Origin: Octopus sinensis
Lineage: Eukaryota
Assembly: GCF_006345805.1 (NCBI RefSeq)
Contig: NC_042999.1
Coordinates: 30,008,001-30,072,000, forward strand
Length of the DNA: 64,000 bases
Direction of reading: 5' to 3'
Shown: in pieces, positions 52,502-64,000 of the stretch
Layout of the letters: each line of letters starts with the position of its first letter
How positions within the stretch are numbered: position 1 is the first letter of the stretch
Notes under the pieces: model-generated
What the model saw: only the letters and a program-made list of their open reading frames with translations
Database searches by the model: none
What the model was told of the DNA's origin: nothing
Translations under genes and position numbers: made by a program

Positions 52502-53899
52502 TGCACACACACACACAGACACACACACACACACACACAAACACACACATATACATATACACACTATCAGTGCATCCTGGCGTCGCCGCGGCGTTATGAC
52601 CCCTAGCCACATCGTATTATTTCTTCCTTTGTTATGGAGAGATTTATCACGGTTGATATAAATTCATATACGGTTCTATCTCATGATGTAATATAATATG
52701 TATGTAGGACGTTTGTAGAACATGGAGGATAATTTATATGTGCTTCGTTCTAAATAGACAACAAAATTCTATCAAGATCTAAATTTGGAATCCCTGTTAA
52801 CTTTCACTCACAATCTTCCTCACATTCAGGTTCTTTTAAATATGAAATACACAGTAAATCTGCATCTCTGACGGACACATACTCTACATCAGGTAAACAA
52901 CTTGCAATACGATATCATTTGGTCGATTATTTAGCCGAATCCTTTGTTCCAAGGATAAAATGCGCCGTGTTGATTATGCTTCAAATAATATATGTAGAAA
53001 TATTGTCATAGAACCGAAAAGAAGTATTAAAGAACAACATGGACTGTTCTTCCCTTCCTCGTCAATTCTTTAGAACCATTTGATTTACCACAACTCTAAA
53101 TGCAGTAAGACGAATACCTCTGTATAACTGATATATTGTCTGAAACTTAGTTGAGATATAGCTTAAGTTTATTTAATCAAATTAGAACATTTACGTTATC
53201 TTATTTTATTTTAATCATCTCTGTTAACAAATTATACGACAATTAATTCCCAAACGACCGCTAGTTATTCTTTCTCTCCTCTCCAATTATATAATTTATA
53301 TATTACTTATATAAATTACACATTAGTTAAATTAAAGTAAATTAAGATATTTATTTTATGTGAGTTATTGATATAATCTATTATAACTTTATGTTTGTGT
53401 AGCATAGGTACGCACAGATCTCTATAAACATTTATACTATTCCACGCTCTGTCTCTCCTTCTATCTCTCATCCCCTCGCTTTCTCTCGTTCCAGTTTCTC
53501 TCCCCTCTCAGTTGTTCTGTATGAGTGTATGTCTCTCTTTCTCATTCTCTTTAGCGATATACAAAAAAATATATCACGGAATTGAAGGGTCAAGGACCCA
53601 CACCTTTTACCGCGTGCTGGAGAATGACAGCCGGAGTCTCTTCAAACTGCATTTTCGCGGTAGATTTAAAGAGTAATAGTTTCACGTATGCGACAGATCT
53701 GACCCAGAGCACATTTCGAACGCATACAAGAAGGAGAGGAAAAAATGAGATGGTGATCAAAGATTTCAAAACATATCATAAGTAGTGAAAGCAACACCGA
53801 TTATAGCTGAGAATGGTTTGCAACTACCCTCTGAAAAAGTGAAAGTGAACGAAGAGACCTGGGTTATAAAAAATAATCGGCTTCACTAAGTTCTAAGAT

Positions 53900-53956
<57 letters not shown>

Positions 53957-54077
53957 TCTCCCAAAAGGACGTCTGTTAACAGAAAACCTAGTCATGACAA
54001 GTAAAATGCTGAACGTAGGCAAATGAACAAATCAACGTAGTTCTTTGTCATTACAACTGCAGCAAGTGAGGTGGTAC

Positions 54078-54390
54078 ATGAGTTAGACGCTAATTCAGTT
54101 GCTCTGGTTGATAAATTCCAAGCAATCCTTCCCAGATAATGCAAAGGAACCTCTGCAAGGCCACTTCAGCATCTCTTTCGGTGATTCCTTGCGAGTGGTA
54201 AATTCTCAGGCAAATTAAAGTAGGGAATAATATGCACTAACAATAAAGGATGAATCAGACCAGATACTAAAAAAATATAGGCCTATCCCTCTGACCTCAG
54301 ACATCAGCAAAGTAGAGGAACGAGTAGTCCGGAGGAAACTGATTGCGTTCCTGGACTGGAATGTCTTGCTGAAAGACAGCGATCATTGAT
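54078..54390 (+). mobile_element. CR1/L2-like LINE reverse transcriptase fragment
   Basis: FQAILPR.CKGTSARPLQHLFR.FLASGKF..KLK.GII; KYRPIPLTSDISKVEERVVRRKLIAFLDWNVLL. Confidence 0.7.
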
Positions 54391-54484
54391 TTACTCTAAG
54401 CACAAGGCCTAAACTTTTCGAGGAGGGGGCCAGTCGATTAGTTCGACTCCAGTACGCAAATGGTACTTAATTTATCGTCCAGGA
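54391..54484 (-). mobile_element. SINE family A 3' fragment (5'-truncated)
   Basis: tactctaagcacaaggcc...gtcgattagttcgactccagtacgcaaatggtacttaatttatcg. Confidence 0.75.
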
Positions 54485-55831
54485 AAGTATGTATTATTAG
54501 AAAATACCTGGAAAATGAAAGAAAGGAAAACAATGCAGCATACCACTAAATGTGTGAAAGAACTTCACACAAATACGGATACAATATGTTGTGATATTTT
54601 CTATATTTTATATTAATAATTTATTTATTTATTTATTCATTTAATAAATATTTGGTACTTATCATACTCTTGTTTCCCATATCTACTGTCGGTCATTGCC
54701 GTCTTAAAACAGATTAGCAAGAGGAACTGTGAATTCCATTTCGTACTTGTTTTATGCCTGACTATGAATTAGATGCTAACAATGTTCCATCAAAGCAATT
54801 AATATCTCACACTAAATTTGGTGAAGCTTATCTGGGTTGTTTCTTTCTCCCTAAATCTTTTAGATGACCTGGTATTTTCCATAATTTTTAAGCATGATTT
54901 TACGTTGATAACGATAATATTTCGGTTTCAAAATTTAAAATAATTTAAATTATAAGATAAGAAAAAGGAAGTATTAGATAAGAAGTAATAATGCCATCTG
55001 AAAAAAAAAAGTTTTACTATATCAGAAAGAGTCTTCTGTTGTATATATCAATACGCACGCTGACAACTCGTAGAATAGCTTCAAGTTAATATCAATCATC
55101 GAACGTATTCGACAGGATATGAAACGTAACTTACATATTAAATACTTGGAGGAATCTTAAAAATGTATGGATATATGTATGCATGTAATATAGTACTTCT
55201 ATACGCATATGTGTATAAATAGTCATAAATACATATACAAATATATGCATATAAATATATTTACATATATGTGGTGTATATAATTATCTTTCTCTCTCTC
55301 TATCTCTCTCTCTCCCTCTATACATATATATATATATTCATTTACTTATATATTTATGTGTATATTTGTATGTGTGGATACATGTATACATGCATTTGTA
55401 CATATTGATGTTTTGTCTATATTTGTATGTATATGTATGTAGCCATGTATAAACGTCTGTATATTTAGAGTATATATGTATATATATATTTTTTGTATGT
55501 GTCTGTTTTGCTAAATGTATATGTATTTTAAGATATCAGTTTTTGTGGAAGTAATTTTTTAAACAGATGTAACTTATAAATTGTTTAAATTTATTATTAT
55601 TGAACTCTAATTATTTACCCTGTGTATTTAGGGTTTTTTTCCTGCTACATAAGCTATTTTTGATTCGAGGTTGTCTTCAATTTTTATAATAGTATTATTT
55701 AAAATTGCAATTGTAATTTCATGCAACCAGTTATTAAAAATTACAGTTAGTTGAGAGGAGCAATGAAAGAAAACTATATTCAAATAGCAATAATAAATCT
55801 CTGAACGAGATATAAACAGTAACCGCTCGAC

Positions 55832-56152
55832 AACGTACGGTTTACTAGCCATCTGAATGTGGCTAGCCACTGGGGGTGGGGTGTTACTGATGCTTTTAGC
55901 CCCAGGCGATCAACGTCACCAGATGGACTTTAGACACTATCTTAGTGCCCTTGTGTTATTTGCAAAGGGAGGTCATCCTCCCTCGAAGACCTAAGTACTA
56001 CATACGGACTATAGTTTCAAGGTAATTGCCTCTCGTCACTGAGATAGTGTCTAAAGTCCATCTGGTGGCGTTGATAACCTGAGGCTAAAAGCATCAGTAA
56101 CACCCCAACCCCAGTGGCTAGCCACATTCAGAGGACTAGTACACCTTACGTT
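55832..56152. mobile_element. Foldback/MITE-like element with ~115-bp inverted arms and a ~90-bp spacer
   Basis: Arm 55832-55947 vs the reverse complement of 56037-56152, roughly 90% identical by eye (tctgaatgtggctagccactgggg.tggggtgttactgatgcttttagcc.cagg..atcaacg.caccagatggactttagacactatct.agtg). Confidence 0.9.
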
Positions 56153-56243
56153 ATATTCAAATAGTTTTTAAAAAACAGCTCAGGAATAATTTATCTTTCT
56201 TATGCAGTCATCCCGTTACTAATATCACTTTAACCTATATACA

Positions 56244-56292
<49 letters not shown>

Positions 56293-56294
56293 AT

Positions 56295-56325
<31 letters not shown>

Positions 56326-56412
56326 TGACGATGATGATGTTGATGATGATGATGATGATGATTATAATGTTGATGATGGTGATATAATAATAGTAACAAC
56401 AATGATAATAAG

Positions 56413-56863
56413 AGATGGGGTACAGCAAATATTCTGCTCAGTACCACAGATTTGCTTCTCAGTCGCTTGACACTAACTCTGTCCCGAAGTGGCTAAATAT
56501 ATGTGCATCTCTGATCACGAGCTGAAGTAGTGAGGGAGTATCATTGCCGTGTGTTTAGGGGAATTTTGGGTGTTTGGATAATTCACATTTGGAAACATGG
56601 GTGTTTCTTTCAAAATCTTCCAACAGCCCTTATTTAGGGACCTTTTGGGCAGAATGTTGTACACAGCATGAAGAAACTTCTAGCTGGGCGAAACCTGCAA
56701 TGTTAAATGCTGTTTATTTTGATATGAGATCACCTGTCGCGCACATATATTTGTGATGCATGTTCCTGGTGTAACCTTATCAGACACTGAGTCATGATGG
56801 GTATACTGGGCTTCGCATATTTTAGCCCAGTGTCACTTTGATGGCATGCAATACTCTCTCACT
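56413..56863 (+). mobile_element. Non-autonomous repeat family D, 5'-truncated copy between TAA/TGA microsatellites
   Basis: Colinear with 61666-62126, sharing the 3' end ctctcact followed by (AAT)n. Confidence 0.8.
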
Positions 56864-56864
56864 A

Positions 56865-56951
<87 letters not shown>

Positions 56952-57010
56952 CAGAAGAAGAAGAAGAAAAAGAAGAAGAAGGAGGAGGAGGAGGAGAAAA
57001 TCAACAACAA
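56865..57010. repeat. (AAT)n-(AGA/AGG)n microsatellite
   Basis: Directly visible. Confidence 0.95.
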
Positions 57011-58749
57011 AAAGAGGTTGATTATTAATAGCAAGTTCTCAGAATTGAAAAAAAATCACAGTGTATGCATCCATGCATTATGTGTATGAGTATGATCACA
57101 TACAGAAATTCACTCGTATATAGACACGATTTTTAATAGACACACATAGTTGCTTACGTATTTGACTTAATATTTATATGTATAATTGTATGTGTTTCTG
57201 TGAGCACACGAGTGTATGAATAGTATTTTCAGTTTTAAATAATAATTAGATTTGATGAAATGTGTGATGTATTAAATGTAAGAAAAATTAATTAACTAAT
57301 CTAAAATTAATTTCCGGATGCAAGCCACCAAAACTTTAATTAAGTAATTCTAACTTCAATAATTGAAGTTCTATACGAAATACACGGCTATAATACTTGA
57401 AGATTTCGAAGTCAATTCGATTATAAGAAATCTGATAAGTAGATATTTATTTCAGTGTACTAGTAGTAAATGACTCCACTGATGGAATATTCTGTCTGCT
57501 AATGAATGCGTTCTGTTTCTGAGATGTATTTAGAAAAGACAGCTCAAAGCATGTTTATGATAGAATCTCTGCCGCAGATCCATCTGATTATCAAGATTTA
57601 GATGAGAGCTTCTTTATCTTCCGAAAAACTTGTTTCATTTAAGCTCTATTATAAATTATTAGGCACACAAAATCATTCCAGTTGATATGATCCAGAAGGT
57701 TTAGTCATACTTTTCTTCCTTTTTGCGACAAAATATTTACAATGACTTTCAAACAACCTTGAATCGGTGTGTATATCAGAGCAACTATATCAGTCAGCGA
57801 TTATCTGCCATTTGTAGATAACAAAGAATGTTTTCAGAAATATGTTGATCCTGTTTCTAATACTACAATTTGGTTCTTTCTATTATGACGCATATTATTT
57901 GTCGCAAGCTTCACTACATGATTAATTTGCCAACCAATTCATTAGAAAATAATCTATGGATATTAAGAGAACAGTTTATGCATGTTCGCTGTTCTGTTTC
58001 AATTTAATAAAATCGTAATAATAATATATATCTAAGCTACATTATGCTAGAGTTCAACCCAAATATACCTGATATCCCTTGAATGAGCAATAAAGTTGAA
58101 TAGTGCAACACAGCTTTCTAACAAATTGGTTCCTACAGATATGTGCCACATATGTTTAAATCAACAGATTCCCAAGTTGCAATGTGCTGAATGGAACCAA
58201 ATTAATCCAGGTTAACTTTTATCAGAATATAACAGACCGATTTTCATGTCTGAAAGCAGAAGTGTAAAATTAAATATGCAATACACGTGAAGTAGTTTTC
58301 AAAACAAAAACACTGTGCGATATGAATCCACCATGGAATACTCTATATGAAATATAAGCATACACAACAGATACTGCATATTTTTCACTGGAAATATTTC
58401 TCATTTGCTATTTCAATTCACGTAACAGAAATATCATTGTTTTGAACGATATAATGACATAACTAAATATATTCGAGATAGTTCTAACTCATTCATTTAA
58501 AATGCTCCCAGTAAGAAGTGGATTAGAATCGTTGAATTGTACATAATAATGTTAACAATAATAATAATCAGTATCTACACTTACTCTCAGCTATGGCATG
58601 AAGAAATTGGTTTCACATCAAATGGTTTCGGGGTGAGTGCTATACTGCATATTGCGCAAATGCATATAAAGGTAAAAAAGTGGAAGCACTTGGCCAACCA
58701 ATATACACACACATATATGAATACACACCCGTCGTCCAACCGCGACGAT

Positions 58750-59282
58750 ACTTCCGCTCTGACTGTCTTTCTGGCCTGGCCTTTCAAGGTAACTGGACGA
58801 CATTCTTCCTGCTCCCCTGTCGTTCACAAAAATTCTGCGTTTGAAATACTTTTTTCGTTCGGCGTCAACAGCCCTTCTTATCTTGTTTTTCCCTGTACTG
58901 TCGTTACTGTCCTGTTTTTTTTACCATTTTTTAACCATTTTTTACCCCTCTGCGAAAACATCTCAGAATTTTAATTGATTTTCTTTTCGCAGGAAGGAAA
59001 GATTCTTGTCGAAGATACGTCTCGTTTTTATCCTTCGAAACGTAGAGTAGATGAAACCATAGCGACTGAAGAAGGTTTTTTTTCTTTGTGTTAATTGTCC
59101 TGTACTCCATTTTTTGTTGTTTTTAAAAAAATGTCCAGTTCCTTTGGTTTGTGTCTATGTTTTCGTTTCTCTTTGTGTTCGACGTCTCTGGTGTCCTGTA
59201 CTCATATATGCGTGAATATGTACAAGTAGAGGTTGGTACGTACATATATGTTTATATATATGCATATGATTTATTTCATTTA

Positions 59283-59320
<38 letters not shown>

Positions 59321-60112
59321 TGAAACTTACTTGGTAAAGGATGTGTGATGTTCGACCATATAATAATAATAATAATAATATAAATAAGATATAAATATAT
59401 GCATATATACATACATATATGTTCATACCTACATGTATATGTATATATGCATACATATATGGGCATAGGACATCAAATAAAACGTAGACACAATGAGAAA
59501 CGAGAATATAAAAACAAAAATATAGATAACGAACTTTTTTCGAACATCGAAGAAAACAGAGAAACGAAACATGCAACATAAAGAAAATTCTCTTCATCAG
59601 TCGTCCACTGTTTCTTCTACACCGCGTTACGAAGGTAAGGACAAGGTGCTACTTCCTTAAAACATTTCTTCCAGCAAAGTGGAAGGTGAAATTAGTAACA
59701 AAAACAGGACAGTGAGAACAAAACTGCAAAAACAAACGGTGAAGGTCGTTAAGTCAAGAAAATGTGAAGTTGTGAACGCTGCAAAGACGAGGTTTGAGAA
59801 GAGACAGATAAAAATCACGTCTTATATTTAGAAGTCACGTGTGTGTAACGAGAGATTCAAGGAGGAAGAGTGAGTGAGAGAGCAGAAACGGTTATGGGGA
59901 GAAGAGAAGAATAGGGAAAGGGTGGGAGAGAAAAACACTAAGGAAGTTGGACAAGAGAGGGAAATAATTAACCAGTAAAGAGATAGAACAAGAGTGCACA
60001 TCGTAACTATTAAGATAAAACTTACTTGGAAAAGGATGCGTGGCATTCCATCATATAATGATGTAAATAATTTATACATATATGCATATATACATACATA
60101 TATGTACATACC

Positions 60113-60179
<67 letters not shown>

Positions 60180-60571
60180 GCATATATGTGTAGAGGACAT
60201 AAAAACACAATGAGAAACGAGAACATAAAAACAATAGCATAGAAACCAAACATTTTTGCGAACAACGTAAAGACAATCAAACAGGAAAACGAGACATGCA
60301 ACATAAAGAATATTCCCCTTCATCAGTTGTCTCCTGTTCTATCTACTCCGCGTTTAGAAGGTATCGACAAGACGCGACTTCGTTGAAACATTCCTACCCG
60401 CAAAGCAACTTGCGGAGGGGAAAAGTGGTTAAAAAGAACAGGGGAGAGAGAGAGAGAACAAAACAGTAAAAACAAACGGTGAGGATTTTTAAGCCAAGAC
60501 GATGTGAAGTGGTGAACGCTGGAAAAACGAGCTTTGAGATGAGTCAGATAAAAGCATGTCTTATCTTTAGG
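58750..60571. mobile_element. Cluster of three copies of a ~510-550-bp repeat (one + copy, then two - copies); Penelope-like terminal-repeat architecture
   Basis: Copies B (59323-59831) and C (60018-60571) are direct repeats (aaacttacttgg.aaaggatg...cacaatgagaaacgagaa.ataaaaacaa...catgcaacataaagaa.att..cttcatcagt...gtcttat.tttag). Copy A (58750-59290) is inverted. All three carry ccttcGAAACG...CTGA(T/A)GAAG or variants. Confidence 0.65.
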
Positions 60572-60829
60572 AAAATAAATGGAAGAAAGAAAGATGGATA
60601 ACAGCCAAATATCATTTTGTCATTACTTTCATAGATTTCTCATTTCATATTTTCTTATTAGGAGAATCAACTTACACCGCAACTGGCTTGTGATAAAATT
60701 TTACGGTGCAGATATTTAAAATTTCTGATCAAATTATCATGCAATGTTTACTGAGGATTTCTTACTTGCTTTGAGTTCAAAGCTGGTTTACATTCTTTCT
60801 TGTCGCTAAATCTGGCCTACATTAACAAC

Positions 60830-60893
60830 AGTACTAACAATAACATCACAATCAAGAACAATGTTGATGATGATGATAATAATAATAATGATG

Positions 60894-60933
<40 letters not shown>

Positions 60934-61238
60934 CAATAATAATAAAAAAATAACAACAACAATAACAATAATAATAACAACAATGATAATAATAAAAAAT
61001 AATAACAGGAACGATAATAATAATAATAATAAAAATAAAAACAACAATAATAATATTAATGATAATAATAATAATAACAATAATAATAGTAACAACAACA
61101 ACAATAATTATAATAATAATGATAATAATAACAACAACAACAACGACAATAATTATAATAATAATAATAACAACAGCAATAATAATAATAATAACAACAA
61201 CAATAATATTAATAACAACAACAATAACCACAACAATG

Positions 61239-61314
<76 letters not shown>

Positions 61315-61316
61315 TG

Positions 61317-61391
<75 letters not shown>

Positions 61392-61410
61392 TTAATAATG
61401 ATAATAATAA
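60830..61410. repeat. Long imperfect (AAT/AAC/GAT)n microsatellite
   Basis: Directly visible; source of the poly-N/I ORFs. Confidence 0.95.
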
Positions 61411-61545
61411 TGGTTCCGAAATTCTCCACATGGGCAGCAATTTTTGGGGGAGGGGATAAGACAATTACATCGACCACTGTGTTTCACTGGTACTTAATTA
61501 ATCGAACCCTATAATATTTAAGGCGCTATTTGGACTCAGAACGGA
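61410..61545 (-). mobile_element. Degenerate SINE family A fragment
   Basis: attacatcgaccactgtgtttcactggtacttaattaatcgaacc...ggactcagaacg. Confidence 0.55.
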
Positions 61546-61570
61546 GCAATAATAATAATAATAATAATAA

Positions 61571-62126
61571 ATGCCCTGATGCAGTACCAGGCAGTGGCTC
61601 TCATGGCTTCTGATCTTAACTGATTGGAAGTGTTATCATGTACATTGTTTTGTCTTGGTATAAAAGATGGGCTACAGCAAATATTCTGCTCAATACCACA
61701 GATTTGCTTGTCAGTTGTTTGACCTTAACCAGTTGAGCATGTCCCTTAGTGGCTGACGATATGTGCATCTCTGATCACGAGCAGAAGTAGTGGGGGAGCA
61801 TCATAGCCATGTGTTGAGAGGGATTCTTTGGGGTTTGAATAGTTCACCTCTGGAAACATGGGTGGTTCTTTCAACATCCTTAAACAACCCTTATTCATGG
61901 AGCTTTTGAGCGGGATGGGCTACTCAACCCGAATTAAATTCTAACTGGGCCCCACCTGCAAGGTCATGTGCTGTTTATCTTGATATGAGATCACCATGTC
62001 GCGCACATATGTTTGTGATGCATGTGCCTGGTGTACCTTTATCAGACGGGTAGTCATGATGGGTATATTGGGCTTCGTATATTTTACCCCAGTGTCAATT
62101 TGATGGCATGAACTGATCTCTCACTC
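61571..62126 (+). mobile_element. Non-autonomous repeat family D, ~555-bp copy embedded in (AAT)n
   Basis: (AAT)n on both sides; homologous to 56413-56863; no ORF. Confidence 0.8.
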
Positions 62127-62142
62127 AATAATAATAATAATG

Positions 62143-62178
<36 letters not shown>

Positions 62179-63318
62179 GTAATAACACCAACAACAATAA
62201 TAATTTTGTTTTACAGTATATGTTTATGTGTTGTGTTTCAAAGGGAATCAATTGTTGCTACATCAACTGGAGCAAGTAAAATGTTTTGTTTTCTGGGAAA
62301 AGTAAACGACATAACGTCTCCCCATATATATTCAGCATCTTCATTAGGAGAAGTATGATTCCACATTTGCAGCATTTGCGATATTCCACTACAATTCTAC
62401 CTGTTCTCGTGATACTATATATGCATGTAGTATCCGAGCCGAAAAATCTGCTCTTCATTTATTGCTTTGTCGTCATTTGCATAGATTTGCTGCCGCTATA
62501 ATTCAATTTTAACGAAACCGCACGTTGCTTAATTTCATTTGGTAAGAAAACACCTTCTCTTCTGAGAACATAAGCACTTTTACTAGCATGGCTCTTCAGC
62601 CAATAACACAGCAAAAAATGTATTCCAGTTTCTTATCTTTTATGATATTTTTTCACACTGCAATTCTTTGCTCAACAAATTTTATTATCGCTTCATGTTA
62701 TCGTTTTACACTTCTGCAATGTCTGAACTTCCAGTTTTATCATTTGATATCTTAACAACTTCCCATAGCAAGAAATAAAAACGATTTTTCTATATAAATG
62801 AAAAGTGGCTGTGTTTTCCTCTTTGACAGATATCAAAATTTATATTTTATTCCCTCATAGAAATAGTTATATTTTATTTACTAATATAAACAGTTCTTCC
62901 AAACTTAAATAACAATTGCTTAAAACAACTATTAGGAATGGCAAATTTTGCATAACATTGTTTAGTCTGTCGTCACCAATTTTATCAATGAGTCAAACGA
63001 AAGCAAGAAACAACGACCAGCTCTAAATCATACAGGTAAACCAGAAGTGAACAAAATACATGAAATAAGAGAAAATGTAAAATAAAATAACGTTAAAAAT
63101 CGTAAGTGCTCTGTATCTACGAAATCAAAAACAAGAATCAAAATCAAAATAAACATCAGTACATAAGAATGTTGTACACGCATACATACATGCATATTGA
63201 CACACATATACTAGCAAACACAAATATGTTTATATGTCAAATTATATATGAAGATTGTTTAATATCTAACTGGATTATTATTCAATAAGTTTAGTAAAGT
63301 ACACATCTATTACACAAG

Positions 63319-63637
<319 letters not shown>

Positions 63638-63640
63638 GTG

Positions 63641-63690
63641 TAGGCGGTGCCCCAGCAAGGCTGCAAATCAATTACGAAAACAAATACGAA
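63641..63690 (+). mobile_element. SINE family B 3' stub
   Basis: aggcggtgccccagcaaggctgcaaatcaattacgaaaacaa. Confidence 0.55.
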
Positions 63691-64000
63691 GCATGCAAAA
63701 GATCACATTAAAAATCACGAAATTTGTTCAGTTTGAAAGCAATAGTTTTGAAAAAGAAAAGAAGACGAGACGGAAATATTTACTTGATGTTAAACGCCTC
63801 GGCTTCCACGATAGAAGACACAAACACTCAAACATGCTTGCACACATATACATTTATACACGCATGTGCGCGATCAAAAGAGCAACACACACACACATTC
63901 AGCTACACAGATATACCAATTGAATAGTGTAGCAAATGTTCATCTGAATGTGATTTCATTTTATTTTTGATGGATGAGAACAAGGATGGAACGCAATACA

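Noticed and set aside
60800-61514. 219-aa poly-N ORF and overlapping poly-I ORFs
   Set aside because: (AAT/AAC)n microsatellite with no splice or compositional support.
62250-62900. Possible DNA transposase C-terminal relic on the minus strand
   Set aside because: Only a loose W..P.ED...DV-like pattern; not supportable.

Overview
AT-rich, microsatellite-dense eukaryotic DNA. The SINE families and repeat landscape look like octopus (coleoid cephalopod) genomic sequence; this is recognition from memory, not a database result. No intact protein-coding gene is supportable, and nearly all long ORFs in the supplied track come from simple repeats. The window is a layered transposon graveyard. It contains Penelope-like relics (one with two decayed hammerhead ribozyme motifs), three Tc1/mariner-type transposase relics plus an internally deleted mariner, two complementary Helitron RepHel fragments, a Hero/NeSL-like RLE retrotransposon, three R4/Dong-like RLE retrotransposon relics next to TAA-type microsatellites, a CR1-like fragment, several tRNA-derived SINE families and MITE/foldback elements. 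A full-length Chapaev3-like transposon sits inside an R4-like LINE with an exact 3-bp TAA duplication. The best leads are: (i) a possible microsatellite-targeting LINE with a non-autonomous ~555-bp partner; (ii) hammerhead-like motifs in Penelope-like terminal repeats; (iii) a ~115-bp-arm foldback; (iv) a speculative phase-compatible micro-exon chain at 37.9-38.7 kb. All protein motifs were read by manual translation across stops and frameshifts, and element boundaries without TSD/TIR support are approximate.
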